Positions 40,307 through 49,554 of a stretch of 64,000 nt of DNA are shown here, piece after piece. Location of the stretch: NCBI GenBank assembly GCA_964574685.1, contig CAZNOI010000004.1:64930-128929 (forward strand). The letters are read 5' to 3'. Positions within the stretch are counted from its first letter, which is position 1. Each line of letters begins with the position of its first letter. The notes beneath the pieces were generated by a model. That model was given only the letters and a program-made list of their open reading frames with translations. It had not been told where the DNA came from and searched no databases. The DNA is from an uncultured Dehalococcoidia bacterium (lineage in GTDB: Bacteria; Chloroflexota; Dehalococcoidia; SZUA-161). The position numbers and the translations under genes were made by a program.

Positions 40307-41335
40307 CTAGGCTTCTACCACTTCAATGGCCTCCTGGAGCACAAGCGGTGCCTTCCAGGGGGCTTCGTCGATATCGGTGATCTCGGCCACGCGACGCAGA
40401 AAACGTCTCAGGCTTATGTTGCCGAAGTGAGCCTCGAAAGCCGGTATCCCCCCACGAGAGGATTGGTCTTCCGGGAGTAATTCGTGCGCCGCGAGCAAAT
40501 CGAGACCTCGCTCACAGACATCGGCGTTGAGGGCGCAGGTAGAATACGCGTCGGGAAAGCAGATGCGGAGGCATGTGGCGAAGGTGTGAGCCCGCTCCCA
40601 CAGAGATGGTAGTTCGCCGGACAGGTCATCCGACTGGTAGGCCTCCGGCACGTGTCTGGGCTCTAGCGCGTTCAGCAGGCGTATCATCCGGCGCGGGTTG
40701 CCATCCGAGGCCGCGAGGAGCATGTTGATGTTGGGCTTTCGGAGTTGCAGCCGTTCCAGGCAATCCGAGTACGCTCCCAGAAGTCGGCTTTGGCTGATGG
40801 GAGGCATGTCGAATTGCTTCAGTACCAGGCGGTCGAGATACTGCCTGCCATAGGCCGCGATCGCCAACATGCCGAAGAACGACGAAATGGAGTGCTCGAG
40901 GTATGCCCTGTTACCGGCAAACACCGGAACGCACCTGTCTCGTACGGCGGGCTCTGTGCATACGTCAATGGCTGCAACAAGGTCAGCGGGAAGACATTGG
41001 TCCAGCTCGTCGACAAGCAGGAAGAGGCCCTTCTCTGCCGCTGACTCCTGGACGCGCTCGATCTTGCCCTTGAAGTGCCGCCGAACAGCCTCCGAATCAG
41101 CGCGGTTGCGTGCCGCCTGATTCGCGGATATCGCAACCACTGCCGCATCCAGCGCCTGCAGTTCCTCCGCCATGAAGTTCAGGAAGCAGGTCTTGCCTGT
41201 GCCGGCCGCGCCGAATACCGCCGCCGCGAACTGCTCGTTTGGAGCCGTGGCAATGGCCTGGGCGAAGGCCCTGGCGTGCGGAGCGAAGCCGAACAGGTCT
41301 TCCGCGCACGCCCTCTTTGGCCTGTCCTGAATCAT
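40307..41335 (-). CDS. KAP-family-like P-loop NTPase (compact, no TM insert)
   Basis: N-terminal DLFGF..ARAFAQAI followed by Walker A GAAGTGKT, Walker B LLVDELD and an NPRRMIRLLN motif resembling the KAP NPR..KR..N signature. Confidence 0.6.
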   Translation of the reverse strand: MIQDRPKRACAEDLFGFAPHARAFAQAIATAPNEQFAAAVFGAAGTGKTCFLNFMAEELQALDAAVVAISANQAARNRADSEAVRRHFKGKIERVQESAAEKGLFLLVDELDQCLPADLVAAIDVCTEPAVRDRCVPVFAGNRAYLEHSISSFFGMLAIAAYGRQYLDRLVLKQFDMPPISQSRLLGAYSDCLERLQLRKPNINMLLAASDGNPRRMIRLLNALEPRHVPEAYQSDDLSGELPSLWERAHTFATCLRICFPDAYSTCALNADVCERGLDLLAAHELLPEDQSSRGGIPAFEAHFGNISLRRFLRRVAEITDIDEAPWKAPLVLQEAIEVVEA

Positions 41336-41389
41336 TGTCGACTCCTACCGGCCCGCCCGGTCGGTGCGTCAATATGCTGGAGGTAGAGG

Positions 41390-41418
41390 ATACCGAAACG
41401 CCCTGCGTTTCGCAGCGT
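41390..41418 (-). terminator. Hairpin CGCCCTGCG-N11-CGCAGGGCG downstream of the EF-G paralog, followed by TTTCGGTAT on the minus strand
   Basis: 9-bp GC stem 33 nt after the EF-G stop. Confidence 0.35.
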
Positions 41419-41450
41419 CGCAGGGCGTCAGACGTGAATCACCTCGGAGT

Positions 41451-43493
41451 TCAGGACTTGTCGCCTTCCTTCTTGGACTCCTCGACTATCTTCTGCGCCA
41501 GATGTGCCGGCACTTCCTCGTAGTGGCTGAATTCCATGCTGTAGGTCCCTCGACCCTGTGTGATCGAGCGGAGGTCCACCGAGTATTTCTGCATCTCCTC
41601 TTGAGGTACCTGCGCATCTATTGTGTTCCGGCCGTCGCCCGGGTTCATGCCCAGAACGCGGGCGCGCTTGGAATTCAGGTCACTCATGACGTCGCCGGTG
41701 TACTGCTCCGGGACTGTGATATGGACGTTCATGATGGGCTCCAAGAGTACCGGCTGAGCCTGCAGGACGCCCTTCTTCGTCGCATGTAACGCAGCGAGCT
41801 TAAAGGCCATGTCGGAGGAGTCGACCGGATGAGAACTCCCGTCGTATAGGGTCACCTTCATGTCCGTCACAGGATAGCCCGCCATCACCCCATCGTTCAG
41901 GGCCTCCATCACGCCCTTCTCGACAGCCGGGATGTAGTTCTTGGGCACCGAGCCACCCACGACCCTCTCACCGAACTCGAAGCCGCTGCCGCGGGGGAGA
42001 GGCGCCAGCTCGATGAGTACATGGCCGTACTGACCGTGGCCCCCCGTCTGCTTCTTATGCTTGTACTCCGCGTTCGTCTGGGTCTTGATCGTCTCCTTGT
42101 ACGGTATCTTTGGAGTGGCGATGGTAACGTCGACCCCGAACTTCCTCTTGAGCCTGTCCACCGACACATCGAGATGAGTGTCGCCGACTCCAGTCAGGAC
42201 TGTTTCCGACGTGACCGGGTCCTTATGAACTGACAGCGTCAGGTCCTCCTCAACCAGCCTCTGGAGCGCGGGGCCCATCTTGTCCAGGTCTCCCTTGGTC
42301 TTGGGATATACGGCCACACTCAGATTCGGCGAAGGGAACTCCAGGCCTTCGAGTATGAGTGGGTGCTCCTTCGTGCAGAGGGTGTCGCCGGTGACGGTCT
42401 CGGCGAGTTTGGCCACAGCGCCGATATCACCGGCGGGTATTTGCGGCACGGCCTCCTGGTTCTTGCCTCGGATGAGGAAGAGTTGCCCTATCCTCTCACC
42501 AGTCTCTCTGTTCGCATTCCAGACGGTCGAATCGCTGCTGAGGGTTCCGCTGTAGACGCGCAGGTACGTAAGCTTGCCCACGTACGGGTCGGCGGTGGTC
42601 TTGAAGACAAGAGTTGCGAGCGGCCCGCTCTCATCGGCTTCGAGAGCCTCCTCCTTGCCCGTCTGGGGACTCTTCGCCTCAACGGGCCCCCGTCCCCTGG
42701 GGGAGGGCAGGTACTTGCATATGGCGTCCATGACGGCTTCGATGCCCTTGGACTGCGCGACCGAACCGACGAGTACCGGCACGATGCTGCCCTGTGTGGT
42801 CCCGGCAAACAGGCCGCGCCGGATTTCGTCCTCGGTGAGTTCCTCGCCTTCGAGATACTTCGTGGTCAATTCGTCGTCGGATTCGGCTATGGCCTCCATC
42901 AGCTTGTCATAATATCCGGACACCTTGTCGGCGACACCAGCCGGCGCTTCGCCGGACGACAACAAGTCGTAAGTCCCTTCGAAGCTGCTCTCAGCCCCGA
43001 CAGGCAACTGGATCGGTACGCATTTCCTGCCGAGGACCGACTCGATCTGGCCCATCGTCTTGTAGAAGTCTGCGTTCTCCCGGTCCATTTTGTTGACGAA
43101 TACCAGGCGGGGCAGTTGCTTCTCCTCTGCGAGCTTCCAGGCGAGTTCAGTTCCGACTTCCACACCAGACGCGGCGCAAACGACAATCACCAGGCCTTCC
43201 ACGACCCGGAGAGCAGCCTTCACCTCGCCGAGGAAGTCGGCATAGCCGGGGGTGTCGATGAGGTTGACCTTGGTCTGGTTCCATTCGAACGGCAGAAGGG
43301 AGACATTGATACTGATCTTCCTCTTCACCTCGTCAGGGTCATAGTCTGAAGTGGTGTTACCGTCTTCTACGCTGCCCAGCCTGCTGATGGCCTTGGTATG
43401 GGAGAGGATCGCCTCCGATAGCGAGGTCTTTCCGGCTCCGGAGTGTGACAGCATTGCGACGTTACGTATCTGGTCGCTCGTGTACTTCTTCAT
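41451..43493 (-). CDS. fusA: Elongation factor G paralog (EF-G2-like translational GTPase)
   Basis: G1 AMLSHSGAGKTS, DTPGYADF, NKMD and all five EF-G domains. No str-operon context, which suggests the second-copy type. Confidence 0.85.
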   Translation of the reverse strand: MKKYTSDQIRNVAMLSHSGAGKTSLSEAILSHTKAISRLGSVEDGNTTSDYDPDEVKRKISINVSLLPFEWNQTKVNLIDTPGYADFLGEVKAALRVVEGLVIVVCAASGVEVGTELAWKLAEEKQLPRLVFVNKMDRENADFYKTMGQIESVLGRKCVPIQLPVGAESSFEGTYDLLSSGEAPAGVADKVSGYYDKLMEAIAESDDELTTKYLEGEELTEDEIRRGLFAGTTQGSIVPVLVGSVAQSKGIEAVMDAICKYLPSPRGRGPVEAKSPQTGKEEALEADESGPLATLVFKTTADPYVGKLTYLRVYSGTLSSDSTVWNANRETGERIGQLFLIRGKNQEAVPQIPAGDIGAVAKLAETVTGDTLCTKEHPLILEGLEFPSPNLSVAVYPKTKGDLDKMGPALQRLVEEDLTLSVHKDPVTSETVLTGVGDTHLDVSVDRLKRKFGVDVTIATPKIPYKETIKTQTNAEYKHKKQTGGHGQYGHVLIELAPLPRGSGFEFGERVVGGSVPKNYIPAVEKGVMEALNDGVMAGYPVTDMKVTLYDGSSHPVDSSDMAFKLAALHATKKGVLQAQPVLLEPIMNVHITVPEQYTGDVMSDLNSKRARVLGMNPGDGRNTIDAQVPQEEMQKYSVDLRSITQGRGTYSMEFSHYEEVPAHLAQKIVEESKKEGDKS

Positions 43494-43677
43494 AGCGTCT
43501 CCCCGGCGTGATTATCGTCCTATTCTACTTTATAAGTCCATCGGGGTGCAAGGTGAGCGCTGCTTCGGCACCAGAGGGCATCCAGGCTGTGGGCGGCTTC
43601 GCCAGGGATAGAGCGTGAGTGCGCGATACTGACTCCCATAGTCGCCACGGAGGGACTGCACCGACCCCTCGTGCTCG

Positions 43678-43707
43678 TTGACAGTAAACCATCGGGTATC
43701 CTACAAT
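43678..43707 (+). promoter_or_regulatory. Promoter TTGACA-N18-TACAAT for the CoA-transferase/mutase operon
   Basis: Near-consensus hexamers ~100 nt upstream of the ATG at 43806, with AAGGAG 8 nt before the start. Confidence 0.5.
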
Positions 43708-43805
43708 ACTTCTGTTTTGCGTGCATTCGGGCCCGCTTCTCACCTGGACCGTCTGGAGAGCACATTGCGGCTCTGGAATCCCCTATAAGGAGAGTGAGAT
43801 AGCCT

Positions 43806-45596
43806 ATGACAGGTCACACGAAGCTAGGCAAGCTGAGTGACATCGGAGAGTTCATCAAGAACGGCAGTTTCGTCGCCATCGGAGGCGGCTGGAGTTGCAA
43901 CAAGCCCATGGCCATTGTGAGGGAGATCATCAGGCAGAAGATAGCCGACCTCAAGGTGATGTCCATCACGGGCGGGTGGGAGATGGAGTGGCTGCTGGCG
44001 GCTGGCGCAGTGGATCATCTGGTCTTCAGTTTCCTGAGCCTGGAAGCATTCGGATTACCTCCCAACTTCCGGCGTGTAGCGCAGGGCAGCCTTATCAAGC
44101 TCACCGAGATCGAAGGCTGCAGCATGATCAAGGGGCTGCAGGCAGCCGGTCGCGGCCTGCCGTTCGCCGCCTTTGCCGGCCCGCGAGGGTCGGACATAGT
44201 AGCGGAGGCGCCTGACCTCTACAAAACCGTCACATGTCCCTTCACGGGGAACGAGTTGACCGCGATCCAGGCCATCGCGCCGGACGTCGCCATCATCCAT
44301 GCGCAGAAGGCAGATGAGCGGGGCAATATCGAGCTGATAGGAACCTCGGCTTCTGATCTGGATATGGCGATGGCAGCAAAGTCCGTAGTCGTAACAGTCG
44401 AGGAGATAGTCTCGGCTGATAAGATCCGTGCAGAGAAGACAGCGACGCAGGTATTCCGGCCGGAGGTATCGCTTGTCATTCCCCAGCCGCTCGGCGCAAC
44501 TCCGTGTAGCTGCGTGCCCTACTACGCGCCTCACCTCACACAGATGATGAAGGACCTCCAGGGCATCGGAAGCCCCAAGACGGCGGGCGACTACATACCG
44601 GGCCTGATTGGGAAGAGCGAAGAGGAGTACCTGAACAATGTCGGTGGAGAGGACACCAGGAAGAAGCTCGCGAGCCTGGCGAAGAACACGAAGCGTGTCA
44701 GTATGCCGGCTTCCCGGACCGAGGAGCCTGCAACCGACTTCGATCAGTCGGCACAGATGGTTGCCAGCCTCGCCCGGACTGTAGACGATGGGGACTCGAT
44801 CATACTCGGGTCTTTCACTCCGCTGGCCTACGCCGCCTACATGCTCGCGAAGCTGACGCACGCCCCCAATGCCTTCGTGGTCGGATACAGCGGCGTCGAT
44901 CCGCTGCCTTTTCAGCTTAGCTTCCATTCATCGGAGGCGGCCTGCACGGAGTTCGCGGCAGGCCTCTGGTCGATGACCGAGTGCATCGAAGCCCTTCACC
45001 TGCGAGGGATGGGCGACGTTGAGGCTGTATCCAGCGCTCAGTTGGACGCCAACGGCGACATCAACATATCATGGCTGGCAACGCCGGTGAAGGACGCGGA
45101 AGGCAATCCAACCGGTGAGATGAATCCCAGGGGACTGAGGCTGCCGGGCGGCGCCGGCGCGCCGGTCGTCTACGGCCTGCACCGCAAGAGTGTTGCTTAC
45201 TTCGCGGCACACTCGAAGCAGGTCTTCGTTCCAAAGGTCAACTACATAACCGGCACACGCTACTACTTCACCGACGAGGAGAGGAAGGCACAGGGACTGC
45301 GGCCCGGGCCGATGACAGTCGTGACCAATCTCTGCGTCATGCAGATGGTTGAGCGAGGGAAGTGGAAGGTGCTCTCGCTGCACAGGGGCGCAACCGCGGA
45401 CGACGTCAGGAACAATACAGGCTTCGAAGTGGACGTGCCCGCGGACTGCCCGACCACGAAGCCTCCCACGAAACAGGAGCTGGAGCTGATCGAGCTGATA
45501 GACCCGCAGGGCATCAGGTTCCTGGACTTCATGAGCGGCAAAGAGCGGGCCGGCAAGCTTCCTTCAATCATACAGGCCGAGTGGGACGCGGCCTAG
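43806..45596 (+). CDS. Family I CoA-transferase with fused A and B subunits (glutaconate CoA-transferase GctA/GctB-like)
   Basis: 596 aa whose N-half resembles GctA (KLGKLSDIGEFIKNGSFVAIGG) and whose C-half resembles GctB. Confidence 0.8.
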   Translation: MTGHTKLGKLSDIGEFIKNGSFVAIGGGWSCNKPMAIVREIIRQKIADLKVMSITGGWEMEWLLAAGAVDHLVFSFLSLEAFGLPPNFRRVAQGSLIKLTEIEGCSMIKGLQAAGRGLPFAAFAGPRGSDIVAEAPDLYKTVTCPFTGNELTAIQAIAPDVAIIHAQKADERGNIELIGTSASDLDMAMAAKSVVVTVEEIVSADKIRAEKTATQVFRPEVSLVIPQPLGATPCSCVPYYAPHLTQMMKDLQGIGSPKTAGDYIPGLIGKSEEEYLNNVGGEDTRKKLASLAKNTKRVSMPASRTEEPATDFDQSAQMVASLARTVDDGDSIILGSFTPLAYAAYMLAKLTHAPNAFVVGYSGVDPLPFQLSFHSSEAACTEFAAGLWSMTECIEALHLRGMGDVEAVSSAQLDANGDINISWLATPVKDAEGNPTGEMNPRGLRLPGGAGAPVVYGLHRKSVAYFAAHSKQVFVPKVNYITGTRYYFTDEERKAQGLRPGPMTVVTNLCVMQMVERGKWKVLSLHRGATADDVRNNTGFEVDVPADCPTTKPPTKQELELIELIDPQGIRFLDFMSGKERAGKLPSIIQAEWDAA

Positions 45597-45633
45597 CGGC
45601 CTGCAATCGATAGAACCTCATTGAGGAGGCACT

Positions 45634-46428
45634 ATGGCATACAAGGTCTTCAAGGTAGAGAAGAAGGAAGGCAATATCGCTGTAATCACTTTCAATCGCC
45701 CGGACAAGTTCAATGCGGCCAATGACCAGATATTCAGAGAGCTGGCGGCGGCAGTAGAGGAGTTGGATGCCGACAAGGAAGTCGGCTGCATAATTCTGAC
45801 CGGGCAGACGTTCACACATCCCAAGAAGGGCACACCATACCCGGTGTTCTCAGCGGGTGCTGATGTGGAACAGTTCGCGGCGGTGGGCCAGACCGAGGCA
45901 GGCTTCGAGTTCATCAAGCTATGCTTCATGCCCTTCAAGGCGATTGAGCTCGCCGAGACGCCCATCATAGCGGCGGTTAACGGTTCGGCGTTCGGCTTCG
46001 GTTTCGAGATCGCCGGGTGCTGCGATATGTCGTTTGCATCCAGGAGCGCGAAGTTCGCGCTGAAGGAGATCAATCACGGTGCGGTGCCCGCCTGGACGAT
46101 TACCCGGGGGCTGGAGAAGTACGGAAAGGCCGTTGTGGCCTATCTCTGCCTATCGGCGAATGAGATAGAGCCCGAGGAAGCGAAACGCCTCGGCATCGTG
46201 ATAGACGTGTATGAGGATGCCGAGCTCCTTCCCAAGTGTGAAGAACTCGCCAGGAGGATCGCTGCAAACAGCTACATGGCCAAGACGTTCATCAAGACCA
46301 CGCTCAACCGGCGTGCCATCGAGGAATACCAGGATGCCGAGCGATTCATGCCCTCCGTCTTCGCAACGCAGTTCATGCAGGGGGCTTTCGCACGGTTCCT
46401 GAAGGGCGATACGCGAGGCAAGCAGTAA
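45634..46428 (+). CDS. Enoyl-CoA hydratase/isomerase (crotonase) family protein
   Basis: ITFNRPDKFNA... oxyanion-hole region with both catalytic Glu positions present. Confidence 0.85.
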   Translation: MAYKVFKVEKKEGNIAVITFNRPDKFNAANDQIFRELAAAVEELDADKEVGCIILTGQTFTHPKKGTPYPVFSAGADVEQFAAVGQTEAGFEFIKLCFMPFKAIELAETPIIAAVNGSAFGFGFEIAGCCDMSFASRSAKFALKEINHGAVPAWTITRGLEKYGKAVVAYLCLSANEIEPEEAKRLGIVIDVYEDAELLPKCEELARRIAANSYMAKTFIKTTLNRRAIEEYQDAERFMPSVFATQFMQGAFARFLKGDTRGKQ

Positions 46429-46487
46429 AAAGCCCCGTCCTTCTGTGAGTGCGCCGCTGCCTGGAAGGCTACTAAGGAGGAGACTGA

Positions 46488-48194
46488 ATGTTCGACGACA
46501 AGACCGTGGAAGCATGCCGGAAGATGATGGAGAAGCACGATGAGCTAATCCAGACCCGCTATCAGGGCAAGGATTTCTCTTCTGCTACCGGATCATCAGA
46601 GATACCTGTGAAGCCTTTCTATACCCCTGCCGACATCGAAGACGTCGATTTCGAGAAGGACATCGGGCTTCCAGGACAGTATCCGTATACTCGAAGCAAC
46701 TACCCCATCCACTATCAGTTCCAGCCCTGGATAAACCAGCCGGTTCACGGCTACGGGCTACCGGAGCACACCCGTGAGAGGATGGACATGCTGGCGAAGG
46801 CCGGTATGGAGGGCTACTTCGGTGGCAGGGCATACAACCTTGTCTGGGACGTGCCAACCTACTTCGGCGTCGATCCCGACGAGCCGGATGCTCAGGGCTA
46901 CCAGGGAAAGGACGGGGTCTGTTGCGTTACCGATGAGGACTTCGGGCGGATGCTCCATGACATCGACCTTTCCAAGACCAACATAGTGCTCATCAACGGC
47001 GATACACTGCCCATTCTAGCCCACTACATCGCCTACGCGGAGAGCCAGGGGGTGCCTCGCGACCAGCTTCGCGGCAACACCATGAACTGGGAGTTCACTG
47101 CGTGGTACGCACCCAACTTCCTCTGGGAGACGGAGGGGGCGCTGAAGCTCGCGACGGACTTGATTCACTTCTGCAGCAACGAGATGCCGAAGTGGAACCA
47201 CACGAACATCCAGGGGCACGGAATCTCGGAGACTGGGGCCGATGCAGTTCACCAGATGGCCTACTCGATAGCCTGTGCGCGCGCTGTGGCCGATTCCTGT
47301 GTGAAGGCGGGCATTGAGCCGGACGCATTCCTGCCTGGCATAGGGTTCCAGATTGCCCAGGGCAACGATTTCTTCGAGTACATCTGCATGTTCCGAGCCT
47401 GGCGAAAGCTCTGGGCCACGGTATGCCGCGAGCGGTTCGGGGCGAAGAAGCCGTCGTCTATGCAACTCAGGACGCACACTCATACGTCATGCTTCGAGCT
47501 GACGAAGCAGCAACCACTCGTCAATCTGATTCGGAGCGCCTACCATGCCCTCGGTGCTGCGCTTTCCGGGACGACCGCGATGGAGATTCCGGGGTACGAT
47601 GAGCCCATCGGCATCCCGACGGAGGAGTCCGCTGTGCTCGCTCTTCGGATCCAGCAGGTGCTCCGGCACGAGACGGGTATAACCAAGGTCGGCGACCCGC
47701 TGGCCGGGTCCTACTATGTGGAGTGGCTGACCAAGAGGATGGAGGAAGAGGGCGCGGCGATACTGAAGGAGATTGACGATGCCGGCGGATTCGTCAAGGC
47801 GCACAAGAGCGGTATGCTCATCAGCAACCTCCGCAAGAGGGCGAACGAGTGGCGGAAGAAGGTGGACAGCGGCGAGCTGACCATCGTCGGCTGGAACAAG
47901 TACATCGTGGAGGAGGAAGAGCCTATCCAGGCTTTCAAGCCGGACCCGGAGGTGGGCAGGATTGCGGCCGAGCGCATCAAAGAGTACAGGGCAAGACGAG
48001 ACCAGGCCAAGACGGACGCTGCGTTGAACGCTCTGGTGGCCGCAGCCGAGAAGCTGGACAAAGGCGAGTACGGGAACGTGATGCCCGCATGTGTCGAGGC
48101 TGCCAAGGCAAAGGCGACGGCCGGTGAGATCTCGAAGGCACTGCGCAAGGTGTTCAAGTGGGGGCCCGAGTACAGCGTCTCGCTGCCGCACTAG
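46488..48194 (+). CDS. B12-dependent acyl-CoA mutase large (substrate-binding) subunit, split HcmA/IcmA type
   Basis: 568-aa methylmalonyl-CoA-mutase-like TIM-barrel domain lacking its own B12 domain. The sizes match the split IcmA/HcmA + IcmB/HcmB architecture. Confidence 0.85.
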   Translation: MFDDKTVEACRKMMEKHDELIQTRYQGKDFSSATGSSEIPVKPFYTPADIEDVDFEKDIGLPGQYPYTRSNYPIHYQFQPWINQPVHGYGLPEHTRERMDMLAKAGMEGYFGGRAYNLVWDVPTYFGVDPDEPDAQGYQGKDGVCCVTDEDFGRMLHDIDLSKTNIVLINGDTLPILAHYIAYAESQGVPRDQLRGNTMNWEFTAWYAPNFLWETEGALKLATDLIHFCSNEMPKWNHTNIQGHGISETGADAVHQMAYSIACARAVADSCVKAGIEPDAFLPGIGFQIAQGNDFFEYICMFRAWRKLWATVCRERFGAKKPSSMQLRTHTHTSCFELTKQQPLVNLIRSAYHALGAALSGTTAMEIPGYDEPIGIPTEESAVLALRIQQVLRHETGITKVGDPLAGSYYVEWLTKRMEEEGAAILKEIDDAGGFVKAHKSGMLISNLRKRANEWRKKVDSGELTIVGWNKYIVEEEEPIQAFKPDPEVGRIAAERIKEYRARRDQAKTDAALNALVAAAEKLDKGEYGNVMPACVEAAKAKATAGEISKALRKVFKWGPEYSVSLPH

Positions 48195-48232
48195 GCCCGG
48201 CCCAATCCGAGCTACTTAGGAGGTAATGACAA

Positions 48233-48631
48233 TTGAGTTCGAACGACAAGCCCAAGGTATTGCTCGTCAAGCACTGGATGGAGATTCACGATCGGGGCGT
48301 GAAGAGCGTCGTCGCGAGGTTGAGGGACGCCGGCTTCGAGGTCATATACATGGTGTACATGCGCCCCGAGGAAATCGTGGCCGCCGCACAGCAGGAGGAC
48401 GCCAAGGTCATCGGAATGAGCTTCTCCACGGGAGCGTATGATGCTCACGTGCCCGAGGTAATGCGTCTGCTGAAGGAAAAGGGCATGGGCGACGTGACCG
48501 TAGTGCTGGGCGGCCTGATTCCCGACGAGGATGTGCCTAGTCTGAAGGCACAGGGAGTCAAGGAGGTCTTCGGAGCCGGCTCAAACCTTGACGAGTTGAT
48601 CGATCTTCTGAGCGCGATTCCGGCGGGCTAG
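48233..48631 (+). CDS. Acyl-CoA mutase small subunit, B12-binding domain
   Basis: 132 aa with a ...EIHDRG... variant of the DxHxxG cobalamin His-ligand motif and a Rossmann-like fold. Confidence 0.8.
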   Translation: MSSNDKPKVLLVKHWMEIHDRGVKSVVARLRDAGFEVIYMVYMRPEEIVAAAQQEDAKVIGMSFSTGAYDAHVPEVMRLLKEKGMGDVTVVLGGLIPDEDVPSLKAQGVKEVFGAGSNLDELIDLLSAIPAG

Positions 48632-48676
48632 AGCCATCGCTTGTGGCTCAGGCCCAATCCATATAGGGAGGAGAAC

Positions 48677-49477
48677 ATGCACCACTACGAGACCATCCTT
48701 TTCGAGAAGAGCGATGGTGTTGGCAAGATCACCTTCAACCGTCCCGACAAGCTCAACGCCTTCAATCCTCAGATGTCTCAGGAATTGAGAGACTGTGTCC
48801 GGCAGGTCGCCGGAGACGCAGAGGTCAGAGTGCTCATACTGACCGGGTCCGGCGACAGGGCGTTCATGGCAGGTGCCGATATCGACAAGACGATTCTGGC
48901 ATGGGTGGAGATGACCCGAAAGGGCGGCAGGGTCCTGGATGATCACCGGGAGTTCTTCTCCCCGACTATGCTGGAGGACCTGCCCCAGCCGGTCATCGGA
49001 GCCATCAATGGAATCGCCTTCGGGATGGGCTGTGAGATAGCCCTGGGTTGCGACGTCAGGATCGCTTCGGAGGCGGCCCAGTTCGGCCAGCCTGAGATCA
49101 AGCTCGGTATCATGTGCGGCGGAGGCGGCAGTGTCAGGCTCACCCGGCTGGTCGGCAAGGGCAAGGCAATGGAGATGTGCCTGACAGGTGACCCCATCGA
49201 TGCTCAGGAGGCTTACCGCGTCGGCTTGGCCAACCAGGTGGTTCCGGCTGCCGAGCTCGAGAATGCCGTGGCTGCGATGGTGAAGAAGCTGATGGCCAAG
49301 GGTGCTGTGGCTGTGGACTACACGAAGCGGTCAGTCAACGGGGCCATGAATATGGGCCTTCACGACGCGATAGAGAATGAAGCCAGACTCTTCTCCGAGG
49401 TATTCAGGACTGAGGATGCCCTGGAAGGAGCCAACGCATTCCTGGAGAAGAGAAAGCCCAACTTCCAGCACAAGTAG
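48677..49477 (+). CDS. Enoyl-CoA hydratase/isomerase (crotonase) family protein
   Basis: ITFNRPDKLNAF and GAINGIAFGMGCEIAL motifs. ATG at 48677 preceded by AGGGAGGAG. Confidence 0.85.
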   Translation: MHHYETILFEKSDGVGKITFNRPDKLNAFNPQMSQELRDCVRQVAGDAEVRVLILTGSGDRAFMAGADIDKTILAWVEMTRKGGRVLDDHREFFSPTMLEDLPQPVIGAINGIAFGMGCEIALGCDVRIASEAAQFGQPEIKLGIMCGGGGSVRLTRLVGKGKAMEMCLTGDPIDAQEAYRVGLANQVVPAAELENAVAAMVKKLMAKGAVAVDYTKRSVNGAMNMGLHDAIENEARLFSEVFRTEDALEGANAFLEKRKPNFQHK

Positions 49478-49506
49478 TGTCAGGACGAGCTGAAGCATTA
49501 GGAGAA

Positions 49507-49534
49507 GGGGCCTCGACGAGGCCCCTTCTCGTTT
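49507..49534. terminator. Bidirectional intrinsic terminator GGGGCCTC-gac-GAGGCCCC + TTCTCGTTT between convergent operons
   Basis: GC hairpin flanked by T-tract on the plus strand and A-rich/GAGAA on the other side; lies between the crotonase stop and the abfD-like stop. Confidence 0.55.
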
Positions 49535-49554
49535 GACGCGGAACTGGTTCCAGG

